A stretch of 64,000 bases of DNA. It comes from Nitrospinaceae bacterium. GTDB taxonomy: Bacteria > Nitrospinota > Nitrospinia > Nitrospinales > Nitrospinaceae. Position 1 is the first letter of the stretch. The number at the start of each line of letters is the position of its first letter. Location of the stretch: NCBI GenBank assembly GCA_965223665.1, contig OZ245011.1, forward strand, positions 3,392,001-3,456,000, in the 5' to 3' direction. Below are positions 38,098-47,422 of this stretch, piece by piece. Both the position numbers and the translations under genes were made by a program. Under the pieces are notes generated by a model that saw only the letters and a program-made list of their open reading frames with translations, was not told where the DNA came from and did no database searches.

Positions 38098-38370
38098 ATG
38101 TTTGAAAGAATTAATAATTTACTTCGATTGATTCAAATTTTCCGAGAGAGGGGAAACTGGATTTTAATCAAACATTCTAAAAAGCAACTTATAGATTTCA
38201 TCTTAGGGCGCAATGATTTAAACCGAATGTCGATTTTTAAAGTCCCTTTTTATTGGTTTGATCTTTTAAAAGGACTGGAAGTATTGGTTTGGCGTTTAGA
38301 GACTTTCGGGTTTTTATTTCTTCCAAATTCAAGTGAAGAAAATAAAAAACACTTGAATCGCACCCTATAG
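38098..38370 (+). CDS. Hypothetical protein (90 aa)
   Basis: ATG-started ORF in otherwise empty space; protein-like composition; no recognised motif. Confidence 0.55.
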   Translation: MFERINNLLRLIQIFRERGNWILIKHSKKQLIDFILGRNDLNRMSIFKVPFYWFDLLKGLEVLVWRLETFGFLFLPNSSEENKKHLNRTL

Positions 38371-38804
38371 CAAGTTACATTTTCCTGCCAAATATTTTCT
38401 TAATGAAATTATCTAAAAAAGTAAGAAGAAATTCTCAAAAAATTTTTATATTTACTTCTTCCAGTAAGATTTAATGTGGAAAAATTTTAGGTTTTAAAAT
38501 AAAGAGAAAGGGTAGTTTTTTTTGCTTTTTAAAATGAATGTGAGTCAAAAAAATTTTTAAAAGATAAATTGCTTGAAGAGAAAAAAGATAAGATGTCTTT
38601 TTCTTAATCTGGCTATAAAACAAGAAAGCAATTTAGTTGGGGGATTAGGAGTGCTTTTTTAACAAATAAATCCTTTTTAAACTGTGATGCGAATTTGTGT
38701 AAAATCTATGAATTATATTTATCTTGAAAATCAATTAGAAATTCAATGATTGAATTTAAAATTGAGGGATTCTTGAATGAAATTGGTTTTTTTGAAGAAT
38801 CAAT

Positions 38805-39005
38805 TTATTGTTCGTGTAATACTGGAAACTCTAAATCTAATTTTCGTTTTACCCAAGAAGGAACTTGTTTAGTCGCTGTGGTTAGTAAACCCACACCATC
38901 TTCCATTTCCTTGAAGGTTTTCCAGTGTTTGTCACTTAAGCTTTGGCTTGAAATTTTCTTTTTAACTTTACCATCTTTATTTAAAACTCTAACTTCATAA
39001 AACAT
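38805..39005 (-). CDS. Small hypothetical protein (66 aa), sigma54-promoted
   Basis: AGAGAGGG RBS just upstream of the ATG and a sigma54 site about 45 bp upstream. Confidence 0.7.
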   Translation of the reverse strand: MFYEVRVLNKDGKVKKKISSQSLSDKHWKTFKEMEDGVGLLTTATKQVPSWVKRKLDLEFPVLHEQ

Positions 39006-39049
39006 AAGCCCTCTCTAGGTAATTAAATTTTGAATATAGATCAGCTTAG

Positions 39050-39066
39050 TGCAAAACCGTTGCCAA
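39050..39066 (-). promoter_or_regulatory. sigma54 promoter
   Basis: Minus strand TTGGCAACGGTTTTGCA (GG-N10-GC). Confidence 0.78.
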
Positions 39067-39265
39067 ATTTTTCTCCCAAAGATTTGTTTGAGAATTTAAC
39101 GCTATAAATATTTATGTTATAAGGGTTTGAGGATTTCGGTTTGCTTAAGGGTTTTTGTATTGTTGAAATTTTAGAACGGAAACCGGAAAATCAGCCCGAG
39201 ATTTCGCTCTAGATTTTGGCTGATAAATTGAATTAAATATTTTTATAGGTTGGAAATTAAGAAAT

Positions 39266-40003
39266 ATGATCAGCGTCGCAATAATTGTAAAAGATGGTGA
39301 AGATTATCTGGAAGGCTGCCTAAAATCTTTAGAAAAGTTTGAAGAGGTTTTGTTGATGGATACGGGTTCTAAAGATAAAACTCTGGAAATTGCGCAAAAA
39401 TTTACCAACGTTAAGATCGTCCAGCATGATTTCATAGGTTTTGGTCCAACTAAAAACTTAGCTGCCCAAATGGCTAATAATGATTGGATATTATCAATTG
39501 ATAGTGATGAAATATTGTCATCAGAACTAAGTTGGTCAATTCTAAACCAAAACTTAAATGAAAACGTTATTTACAGGTTCATCCGTCAATCATATTATAA
39601 TAAAAAATTTATTAGAGGATGCGGTTGGTATCCAGATAAGATTCTTCGTCTTTTTAATAAGAAAAGAACTGGGTTTAATGAAAATATGGTGCACGAAAGT
39701 ATTTTGGTGGAACCCGATATGCGAATTGAGGATTTGAAGGGAGTATTGAGGCATTACCCTTTTGATAGCGCGGCCAGTTTAATTGATAAGTTCCAGTTTT
39801 ACTCAACACTATTTGCAAATCAAAATAAAGGCAAGTTGGCCTCAAGTCCTTTTAAGGCAATTTCGCGTGGAATGGTGGCTTTTTTAAAGGGATATTTTAT
39901 TAGAAGAGGCTTTCTGGATGGAAACGAAGGATTTTTAATTTGCTTTTGTCAGGGATTGGGAACTTATTTTAAATACATTAAACTTTATGAGGCGAATAAA
40001 TGA
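39266..40003 (+). CDS. Glycosyltransferase family 2 (WaaE/KdtX-like LPS core GT)
   Basis: DTGSKDKT, GFGPTKN, WILSIDSDE, GWYPD..LRLF, VHE and GFLDG motifs. Confidence 0.88.
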   Translation: MISVAIIVKDGEDYLEGCLKSLEKFEEVLLMDTGSKDKTLEIAQKFTNVKIVQHDFIGFGPTKNLAAQMANNDWILSIDSDEILSSELSWSILNQNLNENVIYRFIRQSYYNKKFIRGCGWYPDKILRLFNKKRTGFNENMVHESILVEPDMRIEDLKGVLRHYPFDSAASLIDKFQFYSTLFANQNKGKLASSPFKAISRGMVAFLKGYFIRRGFLDGNEGFLICFCQGLGTYFKYIKLYEANK

Positions 40004-40009
40004 TAAATA

Positions 40010-41289
40010 TTAGCATGGTTTTTTTTGGTCTATTGAAAAGGGTAATGCCATAATTAAATAACAAAGCAAAACCACTTCGGAATCATAAAAATTGGTTTCA
40101 AAAAATCCTCCTACTAAAAACCCCATTACTGAACTTAGGCTTCCAAAAACTATCCAATTTTTTGGGTTATCATTTGAAATTGTATTTTTTAGAAATTTTA
40201 ACGTGGAATAAAAAAACGAAATCCAGAGAAAAAGCCATGTAGCAATTCCAATAATTCCAGCATCTACTGCTAATTGGACAAGGTTGCTATGTAAGGTTCT
40301 GTAATTGCTAAAAATTTCTTTATAACTGGGATACTTATTACGAACCTCTTCTAAACATCTAAATCCACATCCGGTAACAGGATATTCTTCAAAAATTTTC
40401 AGACCCAGTTCCCACATTTGCAATCTTTTTTGTAAAGTAACATCTTCAACTTCGGTAAAACTTTTGATTCTTTCTTTAAGTGGGGCAGGCGATACCTGGT
40501 AAATTACTAAAACAAAAATAGGAATAAAAAGTATTGCTAAGGGTTTCCTTCCCACTAATAAAACCAACAAACCTGCCAAATAACCTAACCAAGTTTGCCG
40601 AGTTAATGTCAATAATAAGCTGATTAAAATTAAAATCAAACATCCCCAAATCCATTTGTTTTTAATATTTCGAAACAACAAATAACTTGTCGCAACCAAT
40701 CCTGCTTGCATAAGCAACCCAGCGAATGTCATGTAAATGCTAAGGGTTCCCGAAACACGATGTTCTAGATCGAAACCTTGAATGAAAGTTTGACCAATTC
40801 CAAGGATGGCTGCCATTGTGGCAACAAAATCATCCAAAAAATTATTGCTTCCCTTAGAGGTAAATCATTAAGTCTTTTCAATGAATTCCTGATGAATTTA
40901 AAATATTGAGAAATTTTATCTAAGTTCAAAAAGTCAGATAATTTACTCGCTCCCAAATTATTCAGTGCCCAAAAAAATACAAGCATTTCAAAAAGCCGTT
41001 TTAAATGTGTGAAACTTTTTGGTGGGTCTAAAGAAGTAATAACAGACAAAATACTTGCGGTTGCAAATAGAAAAAAAGGAGTTGCTAAAGGGAGTCTTAT
41101 ATTGTTCCACTGTTGGGATAAATAAACAGAAATTATCCAGGATATTCCCCCTGCAAATGCCAAGATGTGTGTCAGGGTAATTGAAAAAAAATCAAAAAGG
41201 ACAAACCCAAATAAACAGTATATTTGAAGTCGATAAAAAAATACTGAAACTTTGTTTTCTTGAGTAGCTTGAATGACTGTGGGAATCAT
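40010..41289 (-). pseudogene. waaL: O-antigen ligase (WaaL/Wzy_C family) split by a 1-nt frameshift (real or sequencing error)
   Basis: Two overlapping membrane ORFs (40765-41289 and 40010-40837). The downstream half has TLTRQTWLG, RLQMWE.G..IF..YP.TGCG and LHSNLVQ..VDAGIIG. The frame switch is at about 40826-40841. Confidence 0.75.
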
Positions 41290-41402
41290 TGGAAAAACCA
41301 GTGGGAAAGAATAATCTTGAAGATCTTACCTCAGGGTAAAAGATTCTATTGGTTTTTGCAAAAGAGAAAAGCTTTAAAGAGAGAGAAGAAATAAATTACT
41401 TC

Positions 41403-41630
41403 TTAAGCACTATGAGTTCCATCGCAAAAGGGAGAATTTTTTGTTTTTCCGCAATCACAAATAGCAACCCGACGAGGTTTATCCACGATAAACTCTGTAG
41501 GTTGTTTTCCTGTATTTTTAGTTTCATGAGAACCATCGCAATAAGGTTTATTAGCTGACTCCCCGCAAGTGCAGTAATATTTTATCCCAGGAGTTTCATC
41601 AACATAATTCGGGAAGTTTTCGTAAGGCAT
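41403..41630 (-). CDS. Tandem CDGSH iron-sulfur domain protein
   Basis: CTCGESANKPYCDGSH and CDCGKTKNSPFCDGTH; GGAG RBS. Confidence 0.92.
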   Translation of the reverse strand: MPYENFPNYVDETPGIKYYCTCGESANKPYCDGSHETKNTGKQPTEFIVDKPRRVAICDCGKTKNSPFCDGTHSA

Positions 41631-41747
41631 GGGTGGCTCCTATAAATAAATTAAAAACTTTATTATTTTAATACTTCAGCGTTAGATGATACATTATGGA
41701 TGTTTTAAATAATAGAAACAAGCAAAGTTTAATTTTTTTTGAAAATT

Positions 41748-43127
41748 ATGAAAATTTTAGTCACAGGAGCCACAGGTTTTATTGGCAATAGGTTGCTTTT
41801 AAAACTGCGAGACCTTGACCATGAAGTGGTTGTATTAACCCGTGATCCTAAAAATGCGGTAACGCGACTTCCTGTTCATTGCAAAATTTATGGATGGGAT
41901 CCTGCCTTGCTTGAACCGCCTCGGGAGGCCTTGGAGGGTGTCGATGCGGTGATTCATTTGGCGGGTAAGAATATTTTTGGGCGATGGACGGAGAGCCGGA
42001 AAAATGAGCTCTATAGATCTCGGATCCTATCCACCCATAATTGGGTTAGAGTTTTTAATGAAATGGATGAGAAACCCCAAACCTTTATTTCCCCTTCAGG
42101 AATTGGGGTCTATGGTGATCGTGGCGACGAAGAGTTAGATGAAGAATCTTCCTTGGGAAGTGATTATTTAGCTCATTTATGTCATCAATGGGAAAAAGAA
42201 GCTCTTGCGGCCCAAGACCTTGGGATTCGCACGGTAGTTTTCAGAATTGGGGTTGCTTTAGGAAGTGAAGGAGGCGCTCTAAACTTGATGCTTCCTGCAT
42301 TTAGATTAGGATTAGGTGGAAAATGTGGTGACGGAAAGCAATGGTTCAGTTGGATACACGTGGATGACCTGGTTGATATGATGATTTTCGCCTTAGAAAA
42401 TAAGCAAATTCAAGGTCCCATAAATGCAGTTAGTGCAAATTGTGTTACCAATGCAGAATTCTCGAAATTCTTAGGTCAATCCTTAAATCGTCCGACATGG
42501 TTTACGGCACCAAAATTTTTATTGAAGATGGCTTTGGGGGAAATGGCAGATGTAATTTTAGGAGGACAAAAGGTTAAGCCTAAGAAAGCATTAGAAGCGG
42601 GTTTTACTTTTAAATATCCCCATCTGGACAAAGCCCTGGAAACAGAATCAGATAAGAAAACCCATAACTTATATATGGAGCAATGGGTACCTCAACCGAT
42701 AGAAAAAGCATTCGAATTTTTTTCCAATGCCAAGAACCTTGAAACTCTAACTCCAAGATTTCTAAACTTTAAAGTTTTAAGTCAATCTTCAGAAGAGTTA
42801 AAAGAAGGTGTTCGAATTAATTATCAATTAAAACTGTATGGAATCCCCTTTCGATGGCAAACATTGATTACCGAATGGCATACAAACCAACAATTTTCAG
42901 ATGTGCAAGTAATTGGCCCTTATTGGTTATGGCATCATACCCATGAGTTTATTGCAAAAGAAAAGGGGACTTTGATCCGGGATCGGGTTACCTACCGTGT
43001 TCCATTATGGGTTTTTGGAGATATTTTTATTCTTCCTATTATAAAAAAAGACTTACATAAAATCTTTTCTTACCGCCACAAGATAGTTGAGGAAATTTTC
43101 GTTTCTAAAAACGAAGAGACACTCTAA
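41748..43127 (+). CDS. TIGR01777 (YfcH-like) NAD-dependent epimerase fused to C-terminal SRPBCC domain
   Basis: MKILVTGATGFIG, GDGKQWFSWIHVDD, GFTFKYP; then NLETLTP, GIPFRW, GPYWLWHHTH. Confidence 0.87.
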   Translation: MKILVTGATGFIGNRLLLKLRDLDHEVVVLTRDPKNAVTRLPVHCKIYGWDPALLEPPREALEGVDAVIHLAGKNIFGRWTESRKNELYRSRILSTHNWVRVFNEMDEKPQTFISPSGIGVYGDRGDEELDEESSLGSDYLAHLCHQWEKEALAAQDLGIRTVVFRIGVALGSEGGALNLMLPAFRLGLGGKCGDGKQWFSWIHVDDLVDMMIFALENKQIQGPINAVSANCVTNAEFSKFLGQSLNRPTWFTAPKFLLKMALGEMADVILGGQKVKPKKALEAGFTFKYPHLDKALETESDKKTHNLYMEQWVPQPIEKAFEFFSNAKNLETLTPRFLNFKVLSQSSEELKEGVRINYQLKLYGIPFRWQTLITEWHTNQQFSDVQVIGPYWLWHHTHEFIAKEKGTLIRDRVTYRVPLWVFGDIFILPIIKKDLHKIFSYRHKIVEEIFVSKNEETL

Positions 43128-44137
43128 ATCCAATTCTTAACAAATGACCAGTAAGTTCCCAAGGCAGGGCTAAGTATCTTTTCCAGCAACGGACTTTTGA
43201 TTCCACTCAACTGCAAGTTATCCTTGTATAGTTCTATTATTTCTTTGTCAGAAACTTTACGTTTCTTTTGAAGAGATTTTCTTTTTGTTAAAATTTGAGG
43301 AAAAGATTTGATTAGTTCATAATAACTTTTGATTTTTAGTTGCAACCAACCGTGTGTGAGTGCATGGAACCATTGAGCCAATTCAATAATTATTAAAGCG
43401 GGAGTTATTAATAGGAGAGTTTTTGTTTGAAAGTTTTTAATTAAAATATGCAGCCGGTTTTTTTCAGAGTAGTAAAACTTCGAAAGGCCTTTGTTGAATT
43501 TGTAATGGTGATAAAATACTGCATCCGGACAAACCATCAGTTGGTAACCATTTAATCGAATTCTCCAGGATAAGTCATGGTCCTCATGATAAAGAAATAA
43601 TTCTTCATCAAAACCTCCAATAATATTGAACAGAGATCGACGAAATATAAAAATTCCTCCACAAGCCGAAGGTTGAGCCTTAAGATCCTCTGAATCCTGT
43701 TCTTCCAACATGTTTGGATAAGCCATTCCAGTAAAATGAATATTTACCCCGTAGGAATTTATTTTGTTTGGGTATTCACAAAATAGAATCTTTGGAATAA
43801 CCGCTCCAATAGAGGGATCTCTTTCTAAAAAATTAACAAGATGGCGAATACTATCGGGTTTTAAGACTAGATCATTATTTAGAAAAATAAAGTATTCACC
43901 CTGGGCAATATCAAATCCTCGATTGACTGCAGCGCCAAACCCTAAATTGACTTCATTTTCAATGAGGATTACTTGAGGAAAGTTTTTTTTAAAATATCCT
44001 TGAGATCCATCCGTAGATCCATTATCACTTACGATAATTTCTAAATTCGAGTAATCCTGTTTTAAAAGAGAATTGATACATTCTGCTGTGGTAATTTTAT
44101 CGTTCCAATTCACTATGATGGCAGAAACTTTATTCAT
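43124..44137 (-). CDS. Glycosyltransferase family 2 (rhamnosyltransferase-like)
   Basis: IIVNWN, DNGSTDGS, NLGFGAAVN, FLNND and GGFDEELFLYHEDHDLSWR motifs. Confidence 0.9.
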   Translation of the reverse strand: MNKVSAIIVNWNDKITTAECINSLLKQDYSNLEIIVSDNGSTDGSQGYFKKNFPQVILIENEVNLGFGAAVNRGFDIAQGEYFIFLNNDLVLKPDSIRHLVNFLERDPSIGAVIPKILFCEYPNKINSYGVNIHFTGMAYPNMLEEQDSEDLKAQPSACGGIFIFRRSLFNIIGGFDEELFLYHEDHDLSWRIRLNGYQLMVCPDAVFYHHYKFNKGLSKFYYSEKNRLHILIKNFQTKTLLLITPALIIIELAQWFHALTHGWLQLKIKSYYELIKSFPQILTKRKSLQKKRKVSDKEIIELYKDNLQLSGIKSPLLEKILSPALGTYWSFVKNWI

Positions 44138-44151
44138 AACAAAAGAAAAGA

Positions 44152-44556
44152 CTAATCTAAAATTTTTTGAAAGAAAGTATCTGGGTCATTTGGGTCGAAT
44201 GGCTCATAAGAATATACGATCAGGACCATTTGATCAGGACCAATATTCTTTATTGCGTGAATGGTTCCTGGAGGAATGCAAATGGATTTAGGGTCCTTTT
44301 CACTTAAAAATATTTCTTTAGTTTCACCTGTTGTTTTATTTTTTAATAAAAGCTGTGCTGAGCCACTGGTGACAAAAAACCATTCTGCTTTTCTAGTATG
44401 AAAGTGATTTCCTCGCACTTTCCCGGGCAATGCTACGGATACGTGAACTTGACCGAACTCCTTTTTTGGTCCAAGCCAGTCTCCCCGTAATGCTTCAAAT
44501 AACCAACCACGATGGTCGGACTTCTTAGTTAAACGTTCAACGATTAATCCTTCCAT
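44152..44556 (-). CDS. Cupin NDP-sugar epimerase/isomerase (WxcM / CapF C-terminal-like)
   Basis: DHRG.LFE, PGKVRGNHFH..KAEWF and IPPG..HAI.N motifs. Confidence 0.82.
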   Translation of the reverse strand: MEGLIVERLTKKSDHRGWLFEALRGDWLGPKKEFGQVHVSVALPGKVRGNHFHTRKAEWFFVTSGSAQLLLKNKTTGETKEIFLSEKDPKSICIPPGTIHAIKNIGPDQMVLIVYSYEPFDPNDPDTFFQKILD

Positions 44557-44557
44557 T

Positions 44558-45424
44558 TTATTTTAATCTTTCAAACCATTTAAGGGTTTGGATGATACCT
44601 TTCTCTAATGACACAGAGGGTTTCCATTTAAAACGCTTTTTAAATTTAGAATTATCCAGACAATATGCTTTAGGTCCTATGTCAGCGGTTTCAATAAAAT
44701 TAATTTTTGTTGCAGGACGGATGTCTTTAATTTTTTTTGCAATTTGATTTAAGGTTGTTACTTTTGCTGAGCTTAAATTAAAAACACCCTGTTTTTTTGA
44801 TGGAAATTTCCCGACTTTTAAAAAAGCGTCAATTACATCTTCAATATAAATAAAGTCGCGTCCCTGATTCCCTTTTCCGTGAATTATTAAGGGGTTTTTT
44901 TTTATGGCGTTCTCACAAAATGTTGCAACCACGGAATTATATTTGGCTTTACATTTTGGGCCATATACATTGCTTAACCTTAAAATTGTAAAGGGGATTC
45001 CAGAAATTCGAATTAAATCTTCCGCAGCCTTTTTTGCTATGCCATAAACCGTAGGTGGCCTAATAATTTTTCCTTCACCGATAGGTTTTGTTGAAGGCTG
45101 GTATATCTGCCCTGATGAAGCAAAAATAAGGTGTGGAAACGGTTTCCCATTTTCTAATAGTGCAGAGATCAAATTTTGTGTATTAATAATATTTCCACTT
45201 AAAATCTCTTCATCAGTTCCACGGTTGACACCCCCTAAGTGGTAAATAAAATCTAGTTGATTACACTTTTTCTTCAGAAATTTAGATTCCAGCCTCCCTG
45301 ATTTTGAAGAGCGAACTAGGGGAATCACCCCTACCATGGAATTTTTATCAAGTGTTTCCAAAAGATGGGAGCCAATAAAACCTCGGGTTCCAGTTATGCC
45401 GATACGTAAGGGTTTTGTAACCAT
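44558..45424 (-). CDS. NAD-dependent epimerase/reductase (WbjC/CapF N-terminal-like)
   Basis: GTRGFIG, HLGGVNR, YGIAK and NVYGPKC..YNSVVATFC motifs. Confidence 0.82.
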   Translation of the reverse strand: MVTKPLRIGITGTRGFIGSHLLETLDKNSMVGVIPLVRSSKSGRLESKFLKKKCNQLDFIYHLGGVNRGTDEEILSGNIINTQNLISALLENGKPFPHLIFASSGQIYQPSTKPIGEGKIIRPPTVYGIAKKAAEDLIRISGIPFTILRLSNVYGPKCKAKYNSVVATFCENAIKKNPLIIHGKGNQGRDFIYIEDVIDAFLKVGKFPSKKQGVFNLSSAKVTTLNQIAKKIKDIRPATKINFIETADIGPKAYCLDNSKFKKRFKWKPSVSLEKGIIQTLKWFERLK

Positions 45425-46344
45425 TGGCGAATTTGTTCAATTCCAGCTGTTAAATCTGTTTTGGGTTCCCAACCCAGCAAGTGTTTTGCTTTGGAAGAGT
45501 CGCACAAAAGTTTTTTAATTTCGGATTGTGGGTGGTGATGCTCAATGAATTGAATTTTTTCAGGATCGCTACATATCATTTTCGCAAGATAATAAATAGT
45601 GAAATCTCTTCCCAATCCAGCGTTAATAACCTGACCCAATGCATTTTCATTGGTAGAGGCCGTATAAAGAAATTCCACACAATCTTCTACATATAGGAAA
45701 TCACGAGTTTGAGTACCGTCCCCAAAAATTTTTATGGGTTGTTTTTCCTTTGCTTGTTTTACAAAAATTGAAATTACCCCACCCTCAAGATTATGTTTTT
45801 GAAACGGGCCATATGTATTAAAAGGACGACATATAACAATGGGAAGCCCATAGCTATAATAGTAAGATTCTGCTAATTGTTCAGCAGCTAATTTGGAACC
45901 TGCATAAGGAGAAACTGGTTTAAGAGGATGATCTTCTGCAATGGCCTTTTTACTCTCTGCTAAATCATAAACCATGCACGTTCCCATTAATAGCAGTTTT
46001 GTTTTATTAGGTTTGCAGGCTTCTAAGATGTTAAAAGTTCCTTCAACATTTACTGAAAATGATTTTTGAGGATTTTCTAAACTTTCATGGACATTGATTT
46101 GTGCGGCCAAATGGTAAACCATATCAAAGCGGGTTTTGAATAAAGTTTCCAGCACTTTTGTGTTTCGGATGTCGTCAATGACTACTGCCTTCAAATAGGG
46201 ATTTCCTCTGAATTCATCAAGGTTACTCTCTTGTCCATTATCAAGGTTATCAAGCACCCAAACTTCGATATGTTCATCAAGTAGCTTTTTTACTAACCAG
46301 CGACCGATGAACCCGGCTCCTCCTGTAACTAAGGCTTTTTTCAT
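45394..46344 (-). CDS. NAD-dependent epimerase/dehydratase (RfbB/GalE-like)
   Basis: VTGGAGFIG, HLAAQ, SPYAGSK, RPFNTYGP and GDGTQTRDF motifs. ATG at 46344 overlaps the upstream stop. Confidence 0.9.
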   Translation of the reverse strand: MKKALVTGGAGFIGRWLVKKLLDEHIEVWVLDNLDNGQESNLDEFRGNPYLKAVVIDDIRNTKVLETLFKTRFDMVYHLAAQINVHESLENPQKSFSVNVEGTFNILEACKPNKTKLLLMGTCMVYDLAESKKAIAEDHPLKPVSPYAGSKLAAEQLAESYYYSYGLPIVICRPFNTYGPFQKHNLEGGVISIFVKQAKEKQPIKIFGDGTQTRDFLYVEDCVEFLYTASTNENALGQVINAGLGRDFTIYYLAKMICSDPEKIQFIEHHHPQSEIKKLLCDSSKAKHLLGWEPKTDLTAGIEQIRQWLQNPYVSA

Positions 46345-47297
46345 AGATGTTTCCGATACCAATTAATTGTTCGTTTGAGACCTTCTTCTAGGGAGAACTC
46401 TGGTTTCCAATTTGTTTTTTTTCTTATTAGCGAATAATCTGCCTCTAGTGACATTAAGTCGGCGTTTCTTCCAGGGACAAATTTAATTTCAGACTTGGAT
46501 TCTGCAAGTTCTTTTATTAAATAAGCCAGTTCTTTAATAGAAGTTTGCTTTTGAGTTCCAATGTTGAATACTTCACCTGCAAATTGCTTATCTTTGGTAG
46601 TGACAAGAGAATAAGCTCGGATAGCATCTTTGACATATTGAAAATCTCTTGTCTGATTTCCACCGTCATGAATGGTTATGGGTTCATTTTTTAAACAACG
46701 CATGATAAAGGAAGATACGACTCCCGCATTTCCTGAAATGTCCTGGTTTTCCCCGTAAGTATTAAAATTTCGAATAATGGTTACCGGATAGTGATACCAC
46801 TCATGCATTGCTTTACAATGTTTTTCTGCAGCTAACTTAGTTACCGCATATATACTTCGGGGCAACATAGGATGGTTAATATCCATAGGGGTATAAATTG
46901 GGTTGCCGTAAACCTCTGGGGACGAGGCATATATCATCATGGGCCAGTTCTCGGTCCGCACCAAAGTCTGCATAAGTCGAAAAGTGCCCCATTCATTATT
47001 TTTAAAATAGCCATCCGCTTGTTCCATCGATTCGGGGATAGAAATAAAAGCAGCAAGATGGATAACCGTATCTAACTGCATATCGTTTAACTCTTTAACG
47101 GTCAGGTCATAAAAGCTTTTGCGGATTAAGGTGAACTTTTTGCGGAAAGCTTCTGATTTGATAAAAGGATCCGGTTCAAAATACCAGCGGGAAAAATCAT
47201 CTATTCCATACACTCGGGTAACATCTTCGCGTTGGACTAATAAGTCCACCAAATGAACCCCATACATTCCGGCTGCGCCGGTAACTAAAATATTCAT
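46341..47297 (-). CDS. NAD-dependent epimerase/dehydratase
   Basis: VTGAAGMYG, HLAA, SIYAVTK, RNFNTYG and GGNQTRDF motifs. Confidence 0.9.
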   Translation of the reverse strand: MNILVTGAAGMYGVHLVDLLVQREDVTRVYGIDDFSRWYFEPDPFIKSEAFRKKFTLIRKSFYDLTVKELNDMQLDTVIHLAAFISIPESMEQADGYFKNNEWGTFRLMQTLVRTENWPMMIYASSPEVYGNPIYTPMDINHPMLPRSIYAVTKLAAEKHCKAMHEWYHYPVTIIRNFNTYGENQDISGNAGVVSSFIMRCLKNEPITIHDGGNQTRDFQYVKDAIRAYSLVTTKDKQFAGEVFNIGTQKQTSIKELAYLIKELAESKSEIKFVPGRNADLMSLEADYSLIRKKTNWKPEFSLEEGLKRTINWYRKHL

Positions 47298-47422
47298 CTT
47301 GTTTTTTTATTAGGGGTGGCAATACCCTTTAAAAGTTTGTTTAGGACAAGGGTTATTATGTTAACCTGCTGAAAATAAAAATACGGGTCATAGTCTTTAT
47401 CGAACAAAAGTAGGGAAAACTT

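Noticed and set aside
38368-38392. Minus-strand TTGGCAGG...TTGCTA as a sigma54 site
   Set aside because: GG-to-GC spacing is 16 rather than 10.
38746-39000. 84 aa plus-strand ORF
   Set aside because: Overlaps the minus-strand 66 aa ORF, which has the RBS and sigma54 promoter.
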